Assembly (NCBI GenBank): GCA_977020255.1 | Contig: CDROCS010000506.1 | Coordinates: 310,001-374,000, forward strand | Source: Obrimoposthia wandeli | Taxonomy: Eukaryota | Reading direction: 5' to 3' | Length of the DNA stretch: 64,000 nt | Part shown: positions 32,582 to 41,580 of the stretch, one piece after another | Position numbering within the stretch: the first letter of the stretch is position 1 | Layout of the letters: each line of letters begins with the position of its first letter | Notes under the pieces: model-generated | What the model was told of the DNA's origin: nothing | Databases searched by the model: none | What the model saw: only the letters and a program-made list of their open reading frames with translations | Program-made: the position numbers and the translations under genes

Positions 32582-32649
32582 TCAGTTACTTCTTAAGATC
32601 AGTAACCTCTTAAGATCAGTTACCTCTTAAGATCAGTTACCTCTTAAGT
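32582..32649. repeat. 17-bp tandem repeat x4 (tcagttacctcttaaga consensus)
   Basis: Units at 32582, 32599, 32616 and 32633, plus a partial unit spanning the antiporter stop codon. Confidence 0.93.
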
Positions 32650-32676
32650 GCATTTAGTATTTACTAAATGCACTTA
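32645..32676. terminator. perfect inverted repeat between convergent genes
   Basis: taagtgcatttagta-tt-tactaaatgcactta. Confidence 0.75.
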
Positions 32677-32713
32677 TTTAAACGCTCATATCTAAGTAAT
32701 TATATCTAAAATA

Positions 32714-34147
32714 CTAAGTTAATAACGCCTCATCGATAGCTTTAGCTATATCACGATAACGACAACTCACCTTAATCATCAATGTAAACAAATAACCAAA
32801 CTGCCCCGCTATCGCTAATGATAACAGCCAGTAATACGCAGGGTTATACAAGGTGATAGCCAAAGCGAATAAGCTAAATACATGGCAATATAGTAAATAC
32901 TGCATTCGCGATTTACTTAATAACTCGTGCATATTAGGTAATAACGCAAACGCTTGCAGATGAAAACCACATTGACGCTGCAGATGTAAGTATGCCAAAA
33001 AAGGCACAATTTTAATGATCATCGCCATGATCACACTCAATATCCAACCATAGATAAATATTGATGCGAGCGTTAGCGGTGACCAGCCTAAACTCAGTAG
33101 CCAAACTTCCACTGTCACCACTGAATTATCCCCTAAGTTTATGACCAAGTTCATCACAAAACTAATCGCACAGCATATAAATAAGCACGCTAAGGCTATA
33201 AACCAGCAAGTTACACTCGCATCACTAATTTTTCGCTTACGTCGGTATAAACAATGCATAGCCGTGACAGCATATACCATCAAGCTTAGCTGTAATAAAC
33301 CAATACAAATCGTCTGTATGAATTGCCACACCGCACTATCAACAATTGATTCAAGTACAAGGCTATCAATAACAGTAAGTTGGGTTATAACCAAGGTCAC
33401 TAACGTATAAATAAGTAATGTAATGAAAATAAATTCAGGGAGATAACGCGAGCACCAACGCGGAAAAGCAGGCGCAACATGAAACATAGGCAGTACTTGA
33501 AAGCTCACACCGATAATCACTAAACTGATCCAACCAATCAGTCCCCAACTAGCATGACTATCAGTTAATTGCTTGGTGATATTAAATTGGCTAGCGAATA
33601 AATAACCAGCTAAGAGTAAACTGGCAATAATGCCAACCACCAGCATAGCAATAAAACCTAAGCGCATTGTATTGATTGATACACTGGCCTGACTTCGCTG
33701 TCTAATCAACCATAATATAGCGCAGATAAAACCACCCAAACCAAGGGTAAATGAGATACCTGAAATAGCAAAAAAGGAATTACTGTGGCTTGAGTCCAAA
33801 CCGAACACCTGCATATTCGCTAAAAATGCGCGAATTAACGACAGTGTACCCGTTACCATCAAGATCACCGTTAAGGTTGAAATAACTTCAACCTTGGGAA
33901 AAGACTTGCCAGCCAATACCGGCAGTAACTGTAAAATAGCACCACACATGATCATGGTAATAATACCCAGTACAATAGCATGGGTAACAGCGAGAGTGGC
34001 TGGGTGCCAGCGTGTTAGCCACATTGACTCGCCAGCAACAGCAATAATCAACGCACTAATGAATGCAAACACAGGCGCGACAAAAAAGAACCGCATCGGC
34101 ACTGAAAATGGCGGTATGTTATCAAAATCTAATCCCGCAAGGTTCAT
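32714..34147 (-). CDS. polytopic membrane protein with His-bearing TM helices (hemerythrin/DUF2249-associated family)
   Basis: 477 aa, about 12 hydrophobic segments, VTHAIVLG, DSHASWG, QVLPMFH, KIVPFLAYLH. Overlaps the upstream gene by 4 nt. Confidence 0.75.
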   Translation of the reverse strand: MNLAGLDFDNIPPFSVPMRFFFVAPVFAFISALIIAVAGESMWLTRWHPATLAVTHAIVLGIITMIMCGAILQLLPVLAGKSFPKVEVISTLTVILMVTGTLSLIRAFLANMQVFGLDSSHSNSFFAISGISFTLGLGGFICAILWLIRQRSQASVSINTMRLGFIAMLVVGIIASLLLAGYLFASQFNITKQLTDSHASWGLIGWISLVIIGVSFQVLPMFHVAPAFPRWCSRYLPEFIFITLLIYTLVTLVITQLTVIDSLVLESIVDSAVWQFIQTICIGLLQLSLMVYAVTAMHCLYRRKRKISDASVTCWFIALACLFICCAISFVMNLVINLGDNSVVTVEVWLLSLGWSPLTLASIFIYGWILSVIMAMIIKIVPFLAYLHLQRQCGFHLQAFALLPNMHELLSKSRMQYLLYCHVFSLFALAITLYNPAYYWLLSLAIAGQFGYLFTLMIKVSCRYRDIAKAIDEALLT

Positions 34148-34569
34148 TTTAATTCCAGCTCAGAAAATACAGCCAATGCCGATTCATCCGCTTTAAAAGC
34201 CACTTTAATAATAACGGCTAAATCTTCACAACTGCCACTGTCATGACCCTGATGATTAACAAGCGCTGATGATTGGCTAAAACCATGATCAATATCCACT
34301 CGGTAAACGAATCCTAACTCAAGTAACTTGGGGTATAACGGCACAGGGTTTTTACGGTGATAGATAATCAAACACTGACCTGGGGATAATTCCGCTAACG
34401 CCAGTAATACCTGACGCATAGGTTCAGGCATAGGCAGTTCACTAACATCAAGCTTAATAACTTGCAGGCTAGTCGGCTGTATTTGAGTCGCTCGAACGTC
34501 GATCGGTTGTACGTCGGTTAACGATACGTCGGTTAATGGTGCATTAGTTGATGATAAGGTTATCGCCAT
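34144..34569 (-). CDS. DUF2249/TusA-like domain protein
   Basis: LDVSELPMPEPMRQVLLAL...HRKNPVPLYPKL resembles the LD-x-R-x-L-x-P-PEP pattern of DUF2249/TusA-like proteins. Confidence 0.7.
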   Translation of the reverse strand: MAITLSSTNAPLTDVSLTDVQPIDVRATQIQPTSLQVIKLDVSELPMPEPMRQVLLALAELSPGQCLIIYHRKNPVPLYPKLLELGFVYRVDIDHGFSQSSALVNHQGHDSGSCEDLAVIIKVAFKADESALAVFSELELK

Positions 34570-35003
34570 TACGAATACGCTTTAACTTGTTGTAATACCG
34601 CATCAGCATCCGGTAAGTGCGCTTGTGTCATCGGATATAACATTTGCTCTTCTTTCATATTATGCTGCTGCATTAAGATCATTAAGGTTTCAGATAACCC
34701 TAAGAATTGTGTTTTATTCTGTGCTGACAATTGCTCTGTCATTTCTGCCACTAATTGACGCATTTGTGCATGTTCAACACGCATCACTTGCGTTGGCCCC
34801 ATCGTCATCCCTGTTGCTTGTTCAAACGCGGGAAATAAAATCGTTTCTTCTTGTTGTAAATGCGTTTCAAGGTCAGTCGTAAATATCGTCCACTGACTAT
34901 CAGCTTCTGGCCATTTACTTGCAGAAACAGATGATTCAGCAGCAATAAAAGCATCATCACAATGGCGATGTTGCGCAGTCATAAAATCAGGAATAGTGTG
35001 CAT
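34569..35003 (-). CDS. hemerythrin (HHE) domain protein
   Basis: H..(HLQQEE)..H..(HNMKEE) di-iron ligand pattern. Confidence 0.92.
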   Translation of the reverse strand: MHTIPDFMTAQHRHCDDAFIAAESSVSASKWPEADSQWTIFTTDLETHLQQEETILFPAFEQATGMTMGPTQVMRVEHAQMRQLVAEMTEQLSAQNKTQFLGLSETLMILMQQHNMKEEQMLYPMTQAHLPDADAVLQQVKAYS

Positions 35004-35041
35004 AAAGCCTCAAAATAAGAAACAGTCATAATATGAGTGTC

Positions 35042-35083
35042 ATAGTAGCGAGGCATAAGCAGGCTGTAATTGATATATGTCTA
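35042..35083 (-). promoter_or_regulatory. putative class II FNR/Dnr-type promoter
   Basis: TTGAT-atat-GTCTA (35070-35083; consensus TTGAT-N4-ATCAA), centred at -41.5 relative to the start implied by minus-strand -10 TACTAT (35047-35042). Confidence 0.5.
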
Positions 35084-35210
35084 TTGCAGCAATAAAGATT
35101 GAGTGCACTTTACTTGGCAATAACGCACAATAATGACTTAAGATCTCTTTATCATGATTTAAGATATTTCTGACAGATTTAACAACAAAAAGACCCAATT
35201 AGGAGAAACG

Positions 35211-36026
35211 ATGAGCGACTGGTTTATCACTAACAGCAATGCACTGCGACTGAGTGCATTTATCGGTTTGTTTATATTATTAGCCCTGTGGGAACACTAC
35301 CAACCGAAACGCGCGCTAACCGTGACAAAACTCCAGCGTTGGGGTAACAATATTGCCATGGTGATGCTGAATAACCTCACGCTAAAGCTATTGATGCCAT
35401 TTTTGGCTATCGATGCCGCCTTGTATGTCCAGCAACAGCAATGGGGATTAGTTTCTTTAATGGCAGACGCAGATCTAATGACAAGTTCGCTCATCGTTAT
35501 TTTAGCCATAATGCTACTTGATGCTGCCATTTATTTTCAACACCGTTTATTTCATAAAGTGCCGGTTTTATGGCGTTTACATCGCATGCACCACAGCGAT
35601 CTTGATATCGATCTTACCACTGCGATCCGCTTTCATCCCATCGAGATTTTATTATCGATGTTGATAAAAATTGCAGTCATTATTGCATTGGGTGTCCCTG
35701 TGATTGCCGTGGTATTATTTGAAATGTTATTGAATCTAACCGCGATGTTTAATCACAGCAATATTAGATTACCAATTAAAGTCGACCATTACCTGCGCTA
35801 CTTATTAGTGACTCCCGATATGCACCGGGTACACCATTCTGTTAATGGTCGTGAAACCAATCATAATTTCGGTTTTTGCTTACCCTGGTGGGATCGGTTA
35901 TTTGGCAGTTACCAAGCGCAACCAAAATTGGGCCACCAAAACATGCAGATCGGTTTACCGTATTTTCGTAATGCCAAGGAATACCAAATACAGAATATGC
36001 TAACGCAACCATTTAGAAATAAATAA
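35211..36026 (+). CDS. sterol desaturase / fatty-acid hydroxylase family protein
   Basis: His boxes YFQHRLFH, HRMHHSD, FNHSNI and HRVHHS. Confidence 0.92.
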   Translation: MSDWFITNSNALRLSAFIGLFILLALWEHYQPKRALTVTKLQRWGNNIAMVMLNNLTLKLLMPFLAIDAALYVQQQQWGLVSLMADADLMTSSLIVILAIMLLDAAIYFQHRLFHKVPVLWRLHRMHHSDLDIDLTTAIRFHPIEILLSMLIKIAVIIALGVPVIAVVLFEMLLNLTAMFNHSNIRLPIKVDHYLRYLLVTPDMHRVHHSVNGRETNHNFGFCLPWWDRLFGSYQAQPKLGHQNMQIGLPYFRNAKEYQIQNMLTQPFRNK

Positions 36027-36102
36027 CGCGCGATACATAATCAGGCGACATAGCCACATAAAATCACAACATTACATCACCAAATTGAAAGGTAAAAATA
36101 AC

Positions 36103-36504
36103 GTGACTAACCCTAACAGCGATTCATCTACAATATCTAACGATGACGCCCGTAAACTCAGCCGTAAAGTGACTGCTGATATTGCCACTAGGCAGCTTGA
36201 TGAAATATTTATCGACAACAACGTCTCTATCGATGTGCAGATCGCGGTCACAGAATATCAAGGTAAGGAACCAGAGCAATACTTCACAGTATTAAGCACT
36301 CACCTACGCCCTGCTTATTTACGCGTTATAACAGAGTCACTACAAACACAAAATTTAGCGGCATTAGATGAAAACAACCATTATTTGAAACTCAGTAAAA
36401 CCCATAAGAACATGCTCGAAGCACTTAAAAAGCAAGACAAATACCAGCAACTCAATGATACCCAGATTATTGAACTGGCCTTGTTATCTTTATTAAGAAG
36501 TTAG
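36103..36504 (+). CDS. hypothetical protein
   Basis: GTG start after AAGGT, 133 aa. The C-terminus has a strand-helix-helix-like pattern. Confidence 0.6.
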   Translation: MTNPNSDSSTISNDDARKLSRKVTADIATRQLDEIFIDNNVSIDVQIAVTEYQGKEPEQYFTVLSTHLRPAYLRVITESLQTQNLAALDENNHYLKLSKTHKNMLEALKKQDKYQQLNDTQIIELALLSLLRS

Positions 36505-36575
36505 CTTTATTGAGAGGATAAAACAAAAAAGCCCTGCACCATCGAGTCGATGATACGGGGCCAGCCGTTAAGTAA

Positions 36576-37934
36576 TTATGGACACGCAGTTTCTAATACA
36601 TTCGCCGTTAATGTCGGACGAATACGTCTTAAAGGCATATCTGTAACATAAGTTGCGACTTGCTCTGCACACCACGTCGCTGCTTGTTTTTTATCTAAAA
36701 TAGGCGTATCGCTAGTGAAGCAACTTGCTAATTCTTCGTTTTTATTCGAAGTGACGACCGTCGTGCTCGTTGACGTCACCTGACAGGCTATATATTCAGA
36801 TAGCTCTACCACAGGGGCAAAGACTTCAACACTCTGCGAAGTGCTATTTTGAATACCTTCTTCTGAAGTCACTGTCAGACCGACTGTATATAAACCAGCA
36901 TCGGTAAATGTAAACGTCGGATTTACTTCACTCGATGTTCCTAAGCTATCAAAATCCCATGCATAAGAAGTAATAGGACTAGTTTCATTGGCTGCATCAG
37001 CAGTAAAACTAACCGTTAAACTTGGTAATTCAGCTAATGCATCAGACGTAAAGCTCACCGTCGGTGTAGTCGGTTCTATCGCAGGATCATAAGCAGTCAC
37101 GTCCTTACTGTTACTTGCTGTCGTACCATCACTGCCTGTTACATCCAATCTCACCGAGTAAGTGCCACCAGCGGCATAAGAGTGAGAAGGTGAAGCAAGT
37201 GCAGACGATGTGCTATCACCAAAATCCCACAAATAGTCAGTAATGCTGCCGTTATCAACACTGGTTAAATCCGTAAAGCTTACTTCTAAATCAGTAACAA
37301 CCGAACTAAAGTCAGCTTGCGGATTAACTGGATCGATTACATTATCAGTCACTGTCACCTGATAACTTACGGTCGCATTTTTATTACCCAATTCAGAGAT
37401 AACATTCAAGGTCACATCATAATCACCAGAGGCGCTGTAAGTATGTGATGGTGAAGCAAGTGCCGAGGTATTACCCGGTGCTACATCGCCAAAGTTCCAA
37501 CTGTAATTGGCAATCGTATCATTTTTCACTTCCGAACTATCAGTAAACGTTACCGTTAAGCCATCGGGACTATAAGTAAAGTCAGCAGTTGGGTTACCAG
37601 GTATTTTCGCCACGCTAACATCACGCGTAATACTGGCACTGCCACCGTCTTCAGTAGTAACAGTAAGTAGCACGCTATAGGTATCAGCCGTTGCATAAGT
37701 ATAAACGGGATTGATAGCAAAACTATTTGCTGAATCATCTCCAAAATCCCACTGATAACTGTCTATTGGGCTATCAGTACTGGTTGATGTATTCGTGAAA
37801 GTAACTTTAAGATCATCTTTCGCTGTGGAAAAATCGGCAGTGATGATCGGAGAACTCAACTCTTCGCTATCGTCCGAGTCACCAAGACAGCCAGATAATG
37901 CGCCAAGTGTCATTACAAGTAATAATTTTTTCAT
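36576..37934 (-). CDS. lipoprotein with four PKD domains and a Cys-containing C-terminal domain
   Basis: Lipobox LSGC. Four repeats of F-T-x-x-S..Y-x-W-D/N-F-G/D..P-x-H/Y-x-Y..G-x-Y-x-V-x-L-x-V. Confidence 0.92.
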   Translation of the reverse strand: MKKLLLVMTLGALSGCLGDSDDSEELSSPIITADFSTAKDDLKVTFTNTSTSTDSPIDSYQWDFGDDSANSFAINPVYTYATADTYSVLLTVTTEDGGSASITRDVSVAKIPGNPTADFTYSPDGLTVTFTDSSEVKNDTIANYSWNFGDVAPGNTSALASPSHTYSASGDYDVTLNVISELGNKNATVSYQVTVTDNVIDPVNPQADFSSVVTDLEVSFTDLTSVDNGSITDYLWDFGDSTSSALASPSHSYAAGGTYSVRLDVTGSDGTTASNSKDVTAYDPAIEPTTPTVSFTSDALAELPSLTVSFTADAANETSPITSYAWDFDSLGTSSEVNPTFTFTDAGLYTVGLTVTSEEGIQNSTSQSVEVFAPVVELSEYIACQVTSTSTTVVTSNKNEELASCFTSDTPILDKKQAATWCAEQVATYVTDMPLRRIRPTLTANVLETACP

Positions 37935-38248
37935 TATTCAGTCTCCTCAATAGTGACAAGTCCCGGACAATCAACTTCTTCATCAAAGCCTGCTGCAGCG
38001 ATTGTCACTTGAGCACTAGAGGAGCACGGTATTATGAAATTACTGTCAGCAAGCTGGACATCAATCCCATTTAGATCGAAATCCCCTGATTCATTAATGT
38101 TCATCTCAACAACACTATTCGTGGCATTAATAATGCCAAGTACGTTTTTATCATAATTTGTGGTTGTGACTTGAAGTTGTGCGATAGCAACAGTGCTCGC
38201 ACTCATCAATGTCATTGCAAGAAGCAACTTCTTCAACATAATAAACAT
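37934..38248 (-). CDS. small secreted hypothetical protein
   Basis: Signal peptide (…TVAIA|Q), 104 aa, one Cys pair, stop overlapping the PKD gene start. Confidence 0.7.
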   Translation of the reverse strand: MFIMLKKLLLAMTLMSASTVAIAQLQVTTTNYDKNVLGIINATNSVVEMNINESGDFDLNGIDVQLADSNFIIPCSSSAQVTIAAAGFDEEVDCPGLVTIEETE

Positions 38249-38599
38249 CCTTATTTAATTTGATGACTTGTTCCATTTGGATGATGAACAATCCTTATTC
38301 ATCCGCAGCAAAGACTAACACTTACAATAAAAACAAAAGTGCTAACGACTATCCGACAGTATGAGAAGAGTAAAAGAATAAGTATGAGATATGTTATTTG
38401 GGGATGAAATGGGGAGCTGTTACAACAAGGCGTAACGAAAAAACAGCATCAAACTAAAGTCCTAACGCTGCCATGTTCTGTACCGATACACCAAGGTGAA
38501 AAACGTGATCTATCGCGTTGAATGAGGTCGCTATGCTAGCTTAACGACTAACATAACGACATAAATAGAATTATTACTTCAATTTTATGACTCGAAGTA

Positions 38600-40000
38600 T
38601 TAACTATTTATTTGGCGTACTTGCTGTAAGTATTTCAACCAGCCTTTCGCACTTGCAGATGGTGCAAGGTGCTGCGCCAATTTAGCATGCGTGATCGCGC
38701 GGTCAAACTGTGCCAATTTATAATAAGCACGCACTTTCGCTAACTCGATTGCAGCTTGGTCTTTGTTACTTTTATCTTGCTTAATTTGCTGATGATTCAA
38801 TTCCAGCAATGCTGATTCATATTGTCCCTGCTGTAACAGCAATTGTGCCAGTGGCCAGCGATACTCAGCAGACTTATTTTGTGCCAAGCGAATCACATCA
38901 CGCCACGTATTAATCGCGAGATCCCACTCTTTTGCCATCTGCCAATATTGCGCTTGTTCAGCTAATAGCTTTTCTCGCTCATTATCGTCAGTTGCATCTT
39001 GCGCTAACAGGCCTAACTCGCGTGCTGCTTGCTCTGGAATACCTTGTTGTGCGTACAACTGTGCGAGTGTGCGACGCTCTGCTGTACTTAATTCAAATCC
39101 TTGACGCTGTGCCAAGATCAGCGTGGTTAAAGCCGCTTGTGGTTTTGATACTCGAAGCTGTAGACCTGCAAGCTGCTGCCACCACAATAACTTATCCGGT
39201 TCAACAGCTATGATACGTTCTAATGTATCAATCGCAGCAGGCCAGCGTTGCAATTGTGATTGCGCTGTTAGCTGTAAATTCAGTGCTTGAACCTGATCAC
39301 CTTGCTTGTTTAGCGTTTCGTATGACGCGACCGCACTAAGTACCTTGTCCCACTCTCGCAATTGATAATGGGTTTGGGCGATACGCAACCAGAGTTCAGT
39401 AAATTCTTTAACTTTTATATCTGATGATTTTGGATTACGTTTAGCCGATTTTGGCTGACTACCATTACCCTTAACTGCCACGCCATTTATCAGCGCACTA
39501 TTAACTAACACACGATCTACTAACACACCATCTACTAACGCATAGTTATTAACGAGTGTGTAATAATGCGGTAGCGCTTGTTTATATTGCTGTTCACTCA
39601 ACAAGATATCCGCAACCATACGCTGCGTCATCCACGTCTGTTCAGTGGGTAATAACTGACTTTTAACCGCCAAAGATAAATACTTCACCGCTTGCTGGGT
39701 ATCTTCTTGCTGCCAATGAAAAATACCTAACACACGCTGCACGAAGGCTTGATCGTATGCTTGACGTGGAGTTAACTCTGTTAATAACTCAATGGCATCA
39801 CTGTAACGTTCTTCTTGCTGCAGCGCTTGCGCCGCTTGGATCTTACCAGCAATAAATTGCGTTAACTGTGGCGGACCCGCATAAGCAGATGCAGTGAAAA
39901 AACATGTCAGCGCCAATAACCAGTTAAGTGTTAGCTTATTCAAACTGATTTGACCACAGTATGGTTTGGTTTTAGATACAGCTAAAGATAATAAATTCAT
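38600..40000 (-). CDS. TPR protein of the TonB2-type system (TtpD-like)
   Basis: Signal peptide, repeated helical TPR-like segments, last gene of the ttp-exb-tonB operon. Confidence 0.85.
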   Translation of the reverse strand: MNLLSLAVSKTKPYCGQISLNKLTLNWLLALTCFFTASAYAGPPQLTQFIAGKIQAAQALQQEERYSDAIELLTELTPRQAYDQAFVQRVLGIFHWQQEDTQQAVKYLSLAVKSQLLPTEQTWMTQRMVADILLSEQQYKQALPHYYTLVNNYALVDGVLVDRVLVNSALINGVAVKGNGSQPKSAKRNPKSSDIKVKEFTELWLRIAQTHYQLREWDKVLSAVASYETLNKQGDQVQALNLQLTAQSQLQRWPAAIDTLERIIAVEPDKLLWWQQLAGLQLRVSKPQAALTTLILAQRQGFELSTAERRTLAQLYAQQGIPEQAARELGLLAQDATDDNEREKLLAEQAQYWQMAKEWDLAINTWRDVIRLAQNKSAEYRWPLAQLLLQQGQYESALLELNHQQIKQDKSNKDQAAIELAKVRAYYKLAQFDRAITHAKLAQHLAPSASAKGWLKYLQQVRQINS

Positions 40001-40611
40001 CGCTCTAATTTAAACTCCAAAGTGACCGTTTGATTAACTTGCATGATTGCTTTCCCCTCTTCCAATTTGGGTTGGTACTTCCATTTTCTTAATGCTTTCA
40101 CTGCCGATTTATTAAATAAACGTCGCGGTTTAGCATCCATAATCTTGATATTGACAGGACGCCCTAAGGCATCAATCGTAAACGACATTTTAACCCAACC
40201 TTGAGCACCTTGTTTCATGGCGCGAGATGGATAACGCGGTTCAACACGGTACAAAGGCATCGCTTGCTGATTAGCACTAAATTCACCAATCGCAGGTAAT
40301 CCAACTTCAACACCAATACCCGCCATATCAATACCCAGTACCGGCATATCAGGTAAGGCTAAGCTTTTCGTTTCAGCATTAGCAACAGGTACGCTATCTG
40401 TCGGTGGCGGCGCATTTTTAGGTTGCTCTGGTAATGCCCTCTGGCGACGATTAACATCACGTTCTTGCTCGACCATAACAATATCAAACGCTTGTGCCAT
40501 CGACTCTTCAGGTTTACCAGCTTGGCCGTTATCAACCATCCATGCCATTAGTGTAAATAAACCCAAAGTCATGGCGAAAGCCAGCGGGATAGCCAATAAA
40601 AAACGTAACAT
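39997..40611 (-). CDS. tonB: energy transducer TonB
   Basis: N-terminal TM, Pro-rich linker, PLYRVEPRYP..GWVKMSF..WKYQP C-domain. Confidence 0.95.
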   Translation of the reverse strand: MLRFLLAIPLAFAMTLGLFTLMAWMVDNGQAGKPEESMAQAFDIVMVEQERDVNRRQRALPEQPKNAPPPTDSVPVANAETKSLALPDMPVLGIDMAGIGVEVGLPAIGEFSANQQAMPLYRVEPRYPSRAMKQGAQGWVKMSFTIDALGRPVNIKIMDAKPRRLFNKSAVKALRKWKYQPKLEEGKAIMQVNQTVTLEFKLER

Positions 40612-41015
40612 TACGACTTCTCCGCTGCCAACGCGATGCCATTCACACCGGCGCCATTGGCAGCATCCATCACCTTAACAACCGTACCATTGAAGGCATG
40701 TTCATCCGCTTGAATAACTAAAGAAGCATCAGGTTGAGAAAGTAATAAATGCTCTAACGTTGCTTGAACACGTTCGACATCCACCATGCGTTTATCAATA
40801 TAAATATCATTGTTTGCTGTTATCGCAATAAAGATGCCTGCGCCAGCTTGGCTAACAACATTACTTGCCTGAGGGCGGTTAACTTCAACACCGGATTCAC
40901 GTACAAATGAACTCGTAACAATAAAAAATATCAACATGATAAAAACGATATCTAACATCGAAGTCATATCAATTTGCGCATCTTCACGCGCGGCTGAACG
41001 GCGATTAAATCTCAT
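40611..41015 (-). CDS. exbD: biopolymer transport protein ExbD
   Basis: IDMTSMLDIVFIMLIFFIVT, VIQADEHA. Confidence 0.95.
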   Translation of the reverse strand: MRFNRRSAAREDAQIDMTSMLDIVFIMLIFFIVTSSFVRESGVEVNRPQASNVVSQAGAGIFIAITANNDIYIDKRMVDVERVQATLEHLLLSQPDASLVIQADEHAFNGTVVKVMDAANGAGVNGIALAAEKS

Positions 41016-41577
41016 GTTCTGTCCTTAATAAATAGTCTGTCTTAATTGATGGTCTCAATAGCTTTTCTAATCTGCTATAACGTCTGTCACAAGATTTAGT
41101 CAATCTCGCATGGGCAAACATACCCGCCAGAGCAGCAACCATACCAGCCATCGTAGGCAACGTTGCTAGTGAGATCCCCGCCGCCATTAACTTAGGTTCG
41201 CTACTGCCTAATGTGGCCATAACATCAAATACACTGATCATACCGGTCACCGTACCTAACAAGCCCAGCATAGGACAAACAGCCACCAGCACTTTCAAAA
41301 AATTAAGGTTCTGTTGTAACGCTTGCTTTGCCTGTAATAACCAACCAGCACGAATTGCTTGAGCATGCCATGATTCTTGCTCTTGACGCGCATCCCAGCG
41401 TGCTAATAACGCCCGTTGTTGAGCGGGAAAATAGCCATACAAGAATAACAAACGCTCCATGACACAAAGCCAGCAGAACATCACGACAGCGGCAAGCCAA
41501 TACAGTATTGGCCCACCTTGCTGCATAAAGTGATTGACGCTTTCGAGCCAATCAGTCAAAGAAAGATCAAACGGCAT
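41005..41577 (-). CDS. exbB: MotA/TolQ/ExbB proton channel protein
   Basis: PMLGLLGTVTGMISVF, AGISLATLPTMAGM. Confidence 0.92.
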   Translation of the reverse strand: MPFDLSLTDWLESVNHFMQQGGPILYWLAAVVMFCWLCVMERLLFLYGYFPAQQRALLARWDARQEQESWHAQAIRAGWLLQAKQALQQNLNFLKVLVAVCPMLGLLGTVTGMISVFDVMATLGSSEPKLMAAGISLATLPTMAGMVAALAGMFAHARLTKSCDRRYSRLEKLLRPSIKTDYLLRTEHEI

Positions 41578-41580
41578 CTG

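Noticed and set aside
32582-32649. 17-bp repeats as CRISPR or iterons
   Set aside because: No spacers, too short for CRISPR repeats, no rep gene or origin features nearby.
38494-38510. 17-bp exact match (accaaggtgaaaaacgt) to the 5' end of udp, reading VFHLG
   Set aside because: Similarity does not extend either side. One 17-mer match within 64 kb of AT-rich DNA is plausible by chance.
38250-38600. c-di-GMP (GEMM) riboswitch upstream of the PKD operon
   Set aside because: Only an ATGGCAGC-like fragment is present. The GCAAAC/GAAA tetraloop and paired stems could not be found.
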